From Chloroflexota bacterium (GTDB taxonomy: Bacteria; Chloroflexota; Dehalococcoidia; Lucifugimonadales; UBA2985), in NCBI GenBank assembly GCA_028877205.1, contig JAPPHY010000011.1, positions 17,218-81,217 of the forward strand: a stretch of DNA of 64,000 bases. Direction: 5' to 3'. Below are positions 1 through 8,821 of this stretch, in pieces. The notes under the pieces were generated by a model, which did no database searches, had not been told where the DNA came from, and saw only the letters and a program-made list of their open reading frames with translations. The first letter of the stretch is position 1, and each line of letters begins with the position of its first letter. The translations under genes and the position numbers were made by a program.

Positions 1-1000
1 GCTGGCTGGGAGTAACCACGTTCACCACCACCATCTGGTCGCCCCGTCTGCCCTTGGCCGAGTATGGCACTCCCCTGCCCTTGATGCGGAACTCGGTACC
101 GGACTGTGTGCCGCCGGGGATTCGCAGAGTCTCCGGCCCGTTGAGCGTGGGAACCTCAAGCTCATCGCCCAGCGCCGCCTGCGCGAAGTTAATGGGCAGC
201 TCCAGGAGGATGTCGTGGTCCCTGCGGGAGAAGACGCCGTGGGGCTGCACCACCAGGTTCAGGTAGAGGTCGCCGGGTGTTCCGCCGTTGGAACCCGCGT
301 CGCCCTCGCGGCTGAGGCGGACCTGCATCCCGTCCTCCACGCCAGGCGGGATGTCGACGCGGATGCGCCGCCGCCTTCGCTCGCGTGCGGAGCCGCGGCA
401 GTGGGTGCACGGGCTGGTGATCACACTGCCCTCGCCGTTGCAAGCGGTACATGCGCCCACCTGCGTGAACTGGCCGAAGATGCTGCGCTGCACCCTGCGG
501 ACCTGGCCGGAGCCGTTGCACTGGGCGCACTGGGCCGGCGCGCTGCCCGGCTCTGCGCCGCTGCCCCTGCACTCGCGGCAGGGCTCGACGCGCTCCACGT
601 CAATCTCGCGGTCGATGCCGAACACCGCCTCCTCGAACGTCATGGTGGTTCCAGCGTGTATATCGCGGCCGCGCTGCGGGGCGCGGCGTGCGCGGGCGCC
701 GAACCCGCCGAAGAACGCGTCGAATATGTCGCCGAAGCCGCCGAAGTTCTCGAACCCCTCGAAGCCGCTGCCCCGTCCCGCGCCCATGTGCCCGAAGCGG
801 TCGTACTGCGCCCGCTTCTGCGGGTCGCTGAGCACCTGGTAGGCAGCGTTGATCTCCTTGAACCGCTCCTGCGCGCCGGGATCCTTGTTCCTGTCCGGAT
901 GGTACTCCAGCGCCAAGCGCCTGAACTTGGTCCTGATGTCCTCCTGGGACGCGCTGCGAGGCACGCCGAGAACCTGATAGAAGTCTTTCTGGTTGGCCAT
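1..1000 (-). CDS. dnaJ: Molecular chaperone DnaJ. The C-terminal end runs off the window start, so it is absent from the ORF track.
   Basis: Own minus-strand translation from ATG at 1000-998: MANQKDFYQVLGV...LEYHPDRNKDPGAQERFKEINAAYQVL (J domain with HPD). G/F linker GFEGFENFGGFGDIFDAFFGG. Four zinc motifs: CRECRGSG, CAQCNGSG, CTACNGEG, CTHCRGS. Confidence 0.93.
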   Translation of the reverse strand, partial: MANQKDFYQVLGVPRSASQEDIRTKFRRLALEYHPDRNKDPGAQERFKEINAAYQVLSDPQKRAQYDRFGHMGAGRGSGFEGFENFGGFGDIFDAFFGGFGARARRAPQRGRDIHAGTTMTFEEAVFGIDREIDVERVEPCRECRGSGAEPGSAPAQCAQCNGSGQVRRVQRSIFGQFTQVGACTACNGEGSVITSPCTHCRGSARERRRRRIRVDIPPGVEDGMQVRLSREGDAGSNGGTPGDLYLNLVVQPHGVFSRRDHDILLELPINFAQAALGDELEVPTLNGPETLRIPGGTQSGTEFRIKGRGVPYSAKGRRGDQMVVVNVVTPSQ

Positions 1001-1192
1001 GCTGCTAATCTGTCCAAACGTGGAATTGACCAACCTACATTATATTGCACGCCGAATACAGAGCACAACCTGAGCCGGGCGCACGTCGGTTGCGCCGGTG
1101 CCTACCTTGGAGTAGATTACGGAAGCTCCCGCAACTCACGATCGCAGGCCCAGCAGACATCTCCGATTGGTAGCAGGGAGGCAACGCCCAAC

Positions 1193-3808
1193 GTGCGTCA
1201 ATCACCGAGTCTCGTATTAGTCACCCTGGCTGCGACAGCAGCGCTGCTGCTCGCGTCCTGCACCGCGGCGCCGACGCCCACGCCAACGGCAACTCTCGCA
1301 CCCACGCCATCGCCTGCACCGACGCCCACGCCTGCGCCAACGCTCGACGACACGACGGACGCGGAGAGGGAGGTGCTGGTGATGCTGTACTTCGCCACGG
1401 GCGGCGCGCACTGGGGCAGCAACAACAACTGGCTCAGCGACGCGCCGCTGGGCAACTGGTTTGGGGTCGACACGGGGGAGGATGGCCGCGTGGTGAGCCT
1501 CTACCTGTGGGGCAACGGCATGAGGGGAGAGATACCGCCGGGGCTGGAGACTCTCGAACGCCTGCGATGGCTCGAGCTAGGCAACAACGGGCTGCACGGG
1601 GAGATACCGCCGGAACTGGCCACGCTTGCCGATCTGCAGACGCTGTCACTCGGAGCCAACCAGCTGACGGGCGAGATCCCACCGGAGTTGGGCCAACTCT
1701 CCAACCTAGAAGAGCTGCGCCTCAGCAGCAACAGTCTAAGCGGCAAGATACCGGTGGAGCTTGGCGAGCTGTCCAGCCTGACTGATCTGAGCCTCTCCGA
1801 CAACAGCCTAACCGGGAGCATCCCGGCGGAGCTCGGCAGGCTCAACGAGCTGGAATCACTGCGACTCAACGGCAACCTGCTGAGCGGGGAGATTCCGCCG
1901 GCGCTGGGCAACCTCTCCAGCCTGAGGCAGTTGGACCTACGCCACAACCGGTTGAACGGGGGCATACCGCCTGAACTTGGCGATCTCCTAGAACTCCAGG
2001 TGCTTGCCCTGAGCGATAACCATTTGAGCGGAGCTATACCACAGGAGCTGGGCAACCTCCGCAACCTGCGTGAGCTCGCGCTGAGCAACAATCGGTTGAG
2101 CGGGGAGATACCGCCGGAGCTCGGCGAGCTATCCGACCTGCGGCATATCCGGCTCGCGGGCAACTGGTTCTCGAGGTGTGCACCCGAATGGCTGCTCAAC
2201 GTGCCGAACAACGACCTAGAGGAAATGGGCCAATCCTTCGGCAATTCGGTCTCAACTCAACCATCCACCGCGTCTGCGGAGTGGACCGCGCTTGCGGCCC
2301 TGTACTGCGCCACGAGCGGTACAACCTGGAGGGACGACACGAACTGGCTTAGCGATTCGCCTCTGGGAGAGTGGTACGGGGTCACCACGGACCAAGGCGG
2401 CCGAGTTGTGAAGCTGAAACTGTCGGAGAACCGTCTTAGCGGGAAGTTGCCGCCGGAGATCGGAAATCTCTCCAGCCTGGAGGAGTTGTCCCTCTCTCGC
2501 AACGAGCTCACGGGCGAGATTCCTCCTGAACTGGGCAGTCTCACAAAGTTGACACTGCTCAATCTCAGCAGAAACGAGTTGACCGGTGAGATGCCGCCGG
2601 AGCTCGGAAGCCTTGTCGACCTGCGGAGACTGTATCTTGACGTCAACGAGCTGAGCGGCGCGATTCCGGCGGAATTTGGCAGCCTCGTCAACCTGGAGAA
2701 CCTGATTCTCACCGCCAATAAGCTCAGCGGCCCGTTGCCGCCGGAGCTTGGACATCTCGCCAAATTGGAAGGACTCTATCTGGGATTCAACGAGCTTGAG
2801 GGTGAATTGCCTGCGCAGCTAGGCAATCTCGCCAGCTTGGAGAACCTGATTCTACCCTCCAACCGGCTCAGCGGCGTAATACCGCCAGAACTGGGCCGGC
2901 TTGTCAACCTGGAAGCGCTGCACCTCTACGGCAATCACTTGAGTGGAGAGATACCGCCGGAACTCGGAAGTCTAGTCAATCTCGATTGGCTGGACCTTTC
3001 CAGCAATGAGTTGAGCGGCGGAATTCCTCCTGAGCTGGGCTACCTCACCGGCCTGGTAACGCTTACGCTCGGGTCCAACCCGTTGGGCGGAGAGATTCCG
3101 CCGGAACTCGGAGGTTTAGCTGAGCTCCATTGGCTTGACCTTTCCGGGAGCGAGCTGAACGGGCCAATTCCGCCGGAGCTGGGCAATCTGGCCAACCTCC
3201 GAACCTTGTTTCTTTGGGGAAACGAGCTTAGCGGGCCGATACCGCCGGAGCTGGGCAGGCTCTCCAGCCTGCAATATATGGACCTCATGTACAACCAGTT
3301 GAGCGGACAGATACCGCCGGAACTGGGCAGCCTCACGAATCTGAACATCCTGAGTCTCAGAAGGAACGAACTAAGCGGCGAGATTCCGCCGGAGCTAGGC
3401 AACCTCGCCAGGCTGGAAGTATTGGACATCGACAGTAACGAACTGAGTGGAGAGATTCCGCCGGAACTGGGCAGGCTCGCCAACCTCAGATACCTGGTTC
3501 TGTCAGACAATATGCTGAGCGGTGAGATACCGCCGGAGCTGGGCAATCTAGCCAATCTTGAATCACTGAATCTGTCTGACAACAACCTGAGCGGAGAAAT
3601 ACCGATTGAGTTGGGCGATCTCTCCAAGCTCGAATCCATTTCTCTGTCGGACAACCACTTGAGCGGGGAGATTCCACCGGAGCTGGACAATCCCCCCACA
3701 CTGCGCAGTCTCTACCTCTCCGGCAACCGGTTTACGGGCTGCATCCCACCTGAGCTAACTGGCGTTCTCACCAACGATCTCTACCAGCTCGGGCTGCCGT
3801 TCTGCTAG
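1193..3808 (+). CDS. Exported lipoprotein with two tandem modules of plant-type 24-residue leucine-rich repeats (about 10 + 19 repeats)
   Basis: GTG at 1193 is in frame with the 215..3808 ORF, with RBS GGGAGG at about 1176-1181. Signal/lipobox VLVTLAATAALLLASC, then a PTPTPT linker. Repeat consensus LxxLxxLxLxxNxLSGEIPPELGx. Two cap segments: WLSDAPLGNWFGVDTGEDGRVVSLYL and WLSDSPLGEWYGVTTDQGGRVVKLKL. The part of the ORF upstream of 1193 is antisense to dnaJ. Confidence 0.85.
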   Translation: MRQSPSLVLVTLAATAALLLASCTAAPTPTPTATLAPTPSPAPTPTPAPTLDDTTDAEREVLVMLYFATGGAHWGSNNNWLSDAPLGNWFGVDTGEDGRVVSLYLWGNGMRGEIPPGLETLERLRWLELGNNGLHGEIPPELATLADLQTLSLGANQLTGEIPPELGQLSNLEELRLSSNSLSGKIPVELGELSSLTDLSLSDNSLTGSIPAELGRLNELESLRLNGNLLSGEIPPALGNLSSLRQLDLRHNRLNGGIPPELGDLLELQVLALSDNHLSGAIPQELGNLRNLRELALSNNRLSGEIPPELGELSDLRHIRLAGNWFSRCAPEWLLNVPNNDLEEMGQSFGNSVSTQPSTASAEWTALAALYCATSGTTWRDDTNWLSDSPLGEWYGVTTDQGGRVVKLKLSENRLSGKLPPEIGNLSSLEELSLSRNELTGEIPPELGSLTKLTLLNLSRNELTGEMPPELGSLVDLRRLYLDVNELSGAIPAEFGSLVNLENLILTANKLSGPLPPELGHLAKLEGLYLGFNELEGELPAQLGNLASLENLILPSNRLSGVIPPELGRLVNLEALHLYGNHLSGEIPPELGSLVNLDWLDLSSNELSGGIPPELGYLTGLVTLTLGSNPLGGEIPPELGGLAELHWLDLSGSELNGPIPPELGNLANLRTLFLWGNELSGPIPPELGRLSSLQYMDLMYNQLSGQIPPELGSLTNLNILSLRRNELSGEIPPELGNLARLEVLDIDSNELSGEIPPELGRLANLRYLVLSDNMLSGEIPPELGNLANLESLNLSDNNLSGEIPIELGDLSKLESISLSDNHLSGEIPPELDNPPTLRSLYLSGNRFTGCIPPELTGVLTNDLYQLGLPFC

Positions 3809-4015
3809 GCGGCGAAACTACGGCACAAGATTCTGCCCGCCTGCAATCTCTCGTAATCCTCGAGCCTCGAATGTGCCCGGGCTGGCAGTCTGCAGTTAGC
3901 TCCAAGAGCATGTGCCAAACTGCTACAGCTCGCCCTCAATAGACACCACGCGCGAGCTAACCTTGGACACGGTCTTCGAGTGTTGTACGGATGACCGAGG
4001 TCTCATTCAAGGCTA

Positions 4016-5362
4016 TCAGCATTCATCACCTGTGAACACGGCTCTGTCAGAACGGTTGCCTCTAGACATAGTTCCAAGCAAGTGTCCGCTTTCGTCAAAT
4101 ACAGGGGATCCTGAGTCGCCTGGTACGGCATAAGCATCTGCAATAATGTCCTTGCCTCGAACATCCTGTACGATCCCGGATTCCATCCGCAATTCTCCTG
4201 AACCGTATCCCCAAAAGAAGATTTCCTGGTCCGTTTGAGCGGGAGCGGAGGCCCTGAAAATGGGTTGAAGCGACAAGTCGGATAAAGATTGGGGAGAAAT
4301 GCTCAATCGAGCTCTGTCTATAGAAGCGCAGTGCTTCACGGGAGTTGCCGCAATTCGACTTTCGCTTCCTTGTAACTGAACTTCGATGCTCCCACATTCG
4401 TTTTCGTCCGCAACGATGTGATGTACGGTTAAGACTAGGCCCTCTTCGGCATCTACGATGATGCCAGTGCCCTTCGACCCAGTGGAGAATATCGAATTGG
4501 GTGTGCAATATACCTCGACTACATTCGCACTCAGTTTCTGAATCGATATGGAGGGATTCATCTCCAACTGCATTCCCTCGAATTCGCATCTAAACATATG
4601 GATGCGGCTCGAATACCCATGATCCCCGCTGACTCTTCCGATGACGGAGACGTGTTCCCCTCTCGTCAATTCTAGAGCCACACTAGTGTCTGCGTAGTAG
4701 CAATACAAGCTTTGTGGCCAGTATTCATCGCGGGAGGGAGTGAGGGTGACATAGTGCTCCTCTACCTCATCCACATAGCCCGATGTGGACACGGAGATTT
4801 TTCCATTCTCTTGGTACCGGAACCTAGCATTTGCGCGCACCTTGTTTTGGTAGTAGTCCTCCAAGAACTCGGCTAGTCCTAACTGGATAGGCATAGGGGT
4901 CGGGGTTGCGGTGGGAACTAGGGTTGGCGTTGGAGGAGGTGTCGCGGTAGGAAGAGGATTCTGAGTCGGGATCGCTGTTGAAGTGAGAATTGGTGCCGGG
5001 GTTGCGGTAGGGGTACGGCCGGGAGACTCTGTGGAAATATTGTCGTCACCTTCTGTGCCTACAAGAGCCCCAACGATGGCCAGCATGACGAACAAGCCAA
5101 TGAATCCCCCGCAACCAATTCCTCCCCACTTCAGGATCCTCTTGAATCCGCCTCCTTGGTTTGTGGTCCGAGCATCTCGGCTGATGTCCGAAAGGGAATT
5201 CCTGACAGGTGTTCCGCAACGTTGGCAGAACGATTGCCCTGGTGAGAGCCCCGTCCCGCATTTGACGCAGACGGTAGGGCCATTTACAGGAGCCCCGCAG
5301 CGCTGGCAAAAGGAATGGCCTGGAAGAATCTCGCTACCGCACTTACTACAGTTTGCCACCAC
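4016..5362 (-). CDS. Membrane-anchored trypsin-like (S1) serine protease with an N-terminal double zinc ribbon and an OB-fold (tRNA_anti-like type) domain
   Basis: N-terminus CSKCGSEILPGHSFCQRCG...CVKCGTGLSPGQSFCQRCG. TM segment WGGIGCGGFIGLFVMLAIVGALV. Pro/Thr linker. OB-like block YYQNKVRANARFRYQENGKISVSTSGYVDEV...VSVIGRV. Protease motifs LVLTVHHIV and VPGDSGSPVFDESGHLLG. Locally AT-richer (one 60-nt line at 4501 counted 26/60 GC). Confidence 0.8.
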   Translation of the reverse strand: MVANCSKCGSEILPGHSFCQRCGAPVNGPTVCVKCGTGLSPGQSFCQRCGTPVRNSLSDISRDARTTNQGGGFKRILKWGGIGCGGFIGLFVMLAIVGALVGTEGDDNISTESPGRTPTATPAPILTSTAIPTQNPLPTATPPPTPTLVPTATPTPMPIQLGLAEFLEDYYQNKVRANARFRYQENGKISVSTSGYVDEVEEHYVTLTPSRDEYWPQSLYCYYADTSVALELTRGEHVSVIGRVSGDHGYSSRIHMFRCEFEGMQLEMNPSISIQKLSANVVEVYCTPNSIFSTGSKGTGIIVDAEEGLVLTVHHIVADENECGSIEVQLQGSESRIAATPVKHCASIDRARLSISPQSLSDLSLQPIFRASAPAQTDQEIFFWGYGSGELRMESGIVQDVRGKDIIADAYAVPGDSGSPVFDESGHLLGTMSRGNRSDRAVFTGDEC

Positions 5363-5636
5363 TTAGACTCCCAGCAAGTACAATCTGCCGACGCCGCAGA
5401 ATTGCGGAGGGTCGCCTCGCATGCAGCTCGCCGACCGATTGCGTCTTCCCGCTGCGTATCGCTGCGAACTGTTGCCTAAGTTATACCACCCGTAATGTAT
5501 CGTCGCAACTTGCTGGACAACCTAGCGAGATTGATCGAAGTGCGGACTCTATCTCCCCCACCCGCGCCGCCACCCACCGTCGGCTGCCCGTTGTGGTAAT
5601 ATCCTCATCACCCATCCATCGCGGAGGTGCGGAGCC

Positions 5637-6830
5637 ATGGCAGGCCCACTCGACGGCATCGTGGTGCTGGACGTCACGCACGTCCTGGCCGGCCCGTTCG
5701 CCGCCGCCACGCTCGCCGACCTCGGCGCGCGGGTCGTCAAGATCGAGCAGCCCATCGTCGGCGACCGCGCACGCGCCAGCGGCCCCTTCATCGACGGCGA
5801 GAGCTCCTACTTCATGAGCATCAACCGCGGCAAGCTGGGCGCCACCATCGACCTGTCCATGCCAGAAGGCCGCGACGCCTTCCTCAGGCTCGTCGATAGC
5901 GCCGACGTCGTCCTGGAGAACCTCTCGCCCGGCGCCATGCGACGCCTGGGCCTCGATTATCCTGTCCTTTCTCAGCACAACCCCCGCCTCGTCTACGCCG
6001 CCATATCCGGCTTCGGGCAGGACGGCCCATACGCCCACAAGCGCGCGCTGGACGTCGTGGTGCAGGGCATGGGCGGCGTCATGAGCATCACCGGCGAGCC
6101 GGGCGGCCCTCCCCTCCGTCCGGGCGTGTCACAGGGCGACATCACCGCTGGCCTCTACAGCGTCATCGGCATACTCGCTGCACTGCAGGAGCGCGAGCGG
6201 AGCGGGCTGGGCCAGATGGTCGATATCGCCATGCTCGACTGCCAGGTAGCCATCCTGGAGAACGCGCTCGGCCGGTATTTCGCCACGGGCGAGGTGCCCC
6301 AGCCGCTGGGCACGCGGCACCCCGTCATCGCCCCGTTCCAGGCGTTCCGCACCGCCGACGGCTACGTGACCATCGCGCTCGCCGACGGCCGGCAGGACAT
6401 GTGGCCGCTCTTCTGCTCCGCGATCGACCGCATCGACCTGATCGACGACCCGCGATACGAGGACGGCTGGGTGCGCAGCCGGCAGTGGGACGTGCTCGAG
6501 CCCATCATCGCCGAGGCCATCGCCAAGAGGACGACCGCGGAGTGGATCGAGGAACTGGAGGCGCTGGGCATTCCCTGCGGCCCCATCAACACCATCGACC
6601 AGGTTGCGCACGACCCGCAGGTGCTCCACCGCGGGATGATCACGGACGTGCCGCACCCGCGCCTGGGCAGCGTGCGCATGACTAATACGCCCGTGGGCCT
6701 GTCACGCACGCCCGGCGGCGCGGAGCAGCCCGCCCCGGACCTGGGCGAACACACCGAGCAGGTACTCAGGGAGCTGGCCGGCATGAGCGACGAGGAAATC
6801 GCCGCGTTGCGGGAGTCCGGCGCGATTTAG
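5637..6830 (+). CDS. Family III (CaiB/BaiF) CoA-transferase
   Basis: GPLDGIVVLDVTHVLAGPFAAATLADLGARVVKIE. Catalytic-Asp region RALDVVVQGMGGVMSITGEPGGPP. RBS GGAGGTG upstream. Confidence 0.9.
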   Translation: MAGPLDGIVVLDVTHVLAGPFAAATLADLGARVVKIEQPIVGDRARASGPFIDGESSYFMSINRGKLGATIDLSMPEGRDAFLRLVDSADVVLENLSPGAMRRLGLDYPVLSQHNPRLVYAAISGFGQDGPYAHKRALDVVVQGMGGVMSITGEPGGPPLRPGVSQGDITAGLYSVIGILAALQERERSGLGQMVDIAMLDCQVAILENALGRYFATGEVPQPLGTRHPVIAPFQAFRTADGYVTIALADGRQDMWPLFCSAIDRIDLIDDPRYEDGWVRSRQWDVLEPIIAEAIAKRTTAEWIEELEALGIPCGPINTIDQVAHDPQVLHRGMITDVPHPRLGSVRMTNTPVGLSRTPGGAEQPAPDLGEHTEQVLRELAGMSDEEIAALRESGAI

Positions 6831-6857
6831 CCGCGGCGCGGCCGCCACACCACCGTC

Positions 6858-6970
6858 ATTCCCGCGCACGCGAGAATCCAGACCCCGGAGGTGGAGTTGG
6901 GAAGGACCGCCGCCCCACCGAGCGATAGATTCCTGCTCTCCGCTTTCGCGGGGACAAGCTTCGCAGGAAT
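6858..6970. repeat. GC-rich palindromic intergenic repeat units of the same family as those at 56218-56715
   Basis: ATTCCCGCG-ca-CGCGAGAAT at 6858-6877. ATTCCTGC (6929-6936) pairs with GCAGGAAT (6963-6970). Both are flanked by GTCATT/AATGAC as in the 56.2-kb cluster. Confidence 0.7.
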
Positions 6971-6983
6971 GACGGATATTGCC

Positions 6984-7616
6984 CTAGCCGCGGCCTTCGA
7001 ACAGGGGAAGCGCCGACTGCAGGTCCTCCGGCGTGTTGACGTCCGCCCGCACGACGGGATCGTCAAGCTCCAGCTTGTAGATGTCGGAGGCGTGGCGGCG
7101 CGTGACCTCGCGCAGGCCCTCGCTCTCCTCCGCGATGGCGAGCAGCTCCGGCAGCAGCGATGCGTCGAAGATCATCGGGTGGCCGCCGCGGCCGCCGTAG
7201 ACGGGACTGGTGATGAGCGGCGAGCGCGACAGGTGCGCCTCGATGACGGTCCTCAGGACGTCGGGCGGCCTCGGCTGATCCACGGCAAGCACCAGGATGG
7301 CGGTCGCGTCCGGCGAGAGAGCGCGGAGACCGGCCTTGATGGACGTTGTCTTGCCCTGCCGGTAGTCGGGGTTCTCGACGATGGTCACGTCGGAGCGGCC
7401 GGCGATCGGAGCTCCCACCTCGTCGCCTCTATGACCGACGACGACCACTAGCTGTGAAACGCCCGCGTCGAGCAGTGAACTGACCTGGTACTCAATCAGG
7501 GTCGCGCCCTGCCAGGGCAACAGCGCCTTGAGGCGGCCCATGCGGGTGGACTCACCCGCGGCCAGCAGGATGGCCGAAACTCCGCTCATCGACGGCGGAT
7601 CAGGCCGGTACGCCAA
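6984..7616 (-). CDS. MobA/MocA-like nucleotidyltransferase (molybdenum cofactor nucleotidylyltransferase family)
   Basis: VSAILLAAGESTRMGRLKALLPWQG...VVVVGH. Adjacent to and overlapping the XdhC gene. Start uncertain (TTG 7616 or ATG 7589). Confidence 0.75.
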   Translation of the reverse strand: MAYRPDPPSMSGVSAILLAAGESTRMGRLKALLPWQGATLIEYQVSSLLDAGVSQLVVVVGHRGDEVGAPIAGRSDVTIVENPDYRQGKTTSIKAGLRALSPDATAILVLAVDQPRPPDVLRTVIEAHLSRSPLITSPVYGGRGGHPMIFDASLLPELLAIAEESEGLREVTRRHASDIYKLELDDPVVRADVNTPEDLQSALPLFEGRG

Positions 7617-8721
7617 CCTTCTGGGCTATGCGCTGGAGGTAGCGGTTCTCCATGGTCATGCCCTTGCCGGAACGACCCTCGCGGAACGCCACGATCTCCG
7701 CCACGATGCTCAGGGCGATCTCCTCCGGCGTCTTGGCGCCGATGTCCAGACCCACGGGCGCGTGCACGGACTGCAAGCGCTCCAGCGGAATGCCGTTCTT
7801 CAGAAGCTCCTCGTAGATGAGGATGGTCTTGCGGCGGCTGCCCACCAGGCCGACGTAGCCCGCGGGGCTGCGGACCGCAGCCTCCAGCGCGCGGTCGTCC
7901 TCGCGATGGCCACGGGTAGCCACCACGACGGATGTGTTGGGCCGGATGTCCAGCTGCTTCACACCCTCGGCATAGTCCGCCACCACAACGCTGTCCGCCT
8001 CCGGGAACCGCTCCTTGTTGGCGAACTCCGGCCGGTCGTCGACCACGTGGAGGCGCAGGCCCATCATCTTGACTATCGGGGCCAGCGACTTGCTGATGTG
8101 TCCGCCCCCGGCGACAACCACCGCGGCCGGCGTGGTGAACCCCTCCAGGAAGACCTGCGCACCGTCCTGCGTGTTCAGGGACTTGACGCGGCCGTAGTCG
8201 ATCAGCTCGCGGAGGGCCTCGACGGCCTCTGCGTCGCGGGCCGGGTCGCCCAGGGAGCCCTTGGCCTCGCCGCTGGCGTCGATGCAGATCTTGTCGCCAA
8301 TCTGCCCCATGCCCTTCGCGGGCTTCAGCAGGGTGGCCACGCCCACGCTGGGGCTGCCGTCGTATGCGTCCACGATGCTGCTGACCGTGGGCTGCACGGT
8401 TTCAGGCTCCAGTACGGGGTCGATGAGGAAGTACATCGTGCCGCCGCAGACCAGCCCCTCCCTCGCGGCGATGTCCTCGTTCAGCTCGTAGTCGGTGATC
8501 GTAGGGCCGCCGCCGTCCCGCAGGAGCATCTTGGCTGCGAACCAGATGTCGCCTTCAACGCAGCCGCCGCCCAGGGTGCCGACGCCGCTGCCGTCCTCTC
8601 GAACGAGGAGCTTGGCGCCCGGCTTCTGGGGCGTGGAACCCTTGGTGCCCACCACCGTGGCAATCACGAAGGGCCGGCCGTTGCTGAGGAGGTTCTGCGC
8701 TTCTCTGAAAACATCTTCCAT
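7600..8721 (-). CDS. XdhC/CoxI family molybdoenzyme maturation protein
   Basis: N-terminal domain RPFVIATVVGTKGSTPQKPGAKLLV. Rossmann-like C-terminal domain AAVVVAGGGHISKSLAPI...VVVATRGHREDDRAL. Confidence 0.85.
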   Translation of the reverse strand: MEDVFREAQNLLSNGRPFVIATVVGTKGSTPQKPGAKLLVREDGSGVGTLGGGCVEGDIWFAAKMLLRDGGGPTITDYELNEDIAAREGLVCGGTMYFLIDPVLEPETVQPTVSSIVDAYDGSPSVGVATLLKPAKGMGQIGDKICIDASGEAKGSLGDPARDAEAVEALRELIDYGRVKSLNTQDGAQVFLEGFTTPAAVVVAGGGHISKSLAPIVKMMGLRLHVVDDRPEFANKERFPEADSVVVADYAEGVKQLDIRPNTSVVVATRGHREDDRALEAAVRSPAGYVGLVGSRRKTILIYEELLKNGIPLERLQSVHAPVGLDIGAKTPEEIALSIVAEIVAFREGRSGKGMTMENRYLQRIAQKVGVPA

Positions 8722-8821
8722 GACAGCACTCCCGGATGAATAGAGATACCTTACGAATTATAACACATCAGAGCAGAGTGTGAACGCGCCTGACAGCCGC
8801 GAGGACGCCGATAGGGACTCG

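Noticed and set aside
215-1192. N-terminal 326 codons of the 1197-aa ORF 215..3808
   Set aside because: This part is antisense to a clearly real dnaJ gene (J domain, G/F region and zinc fingers on the minus strand) and has no protein-like features. The lipoprotein signal, RBS and GTG at 1193 mark the real start.
7528-8739. Long antisense ORFs in high-GC genes. Examples: 7528..8739(+), 21578..22813(+), 26396..27781(+), 41618..42610(-), 48173..49072(+), 59895..61160(-).
   Set aside because: Each lies opposite a gene with strong family motifs (XdhC, permease, RNase Y, M16 peptidase, GlcB, CoA-transferase). Their translations are Arg/Ala/Gly/Pro-rich, as is typical of shadow frames in GC-rich DNA.
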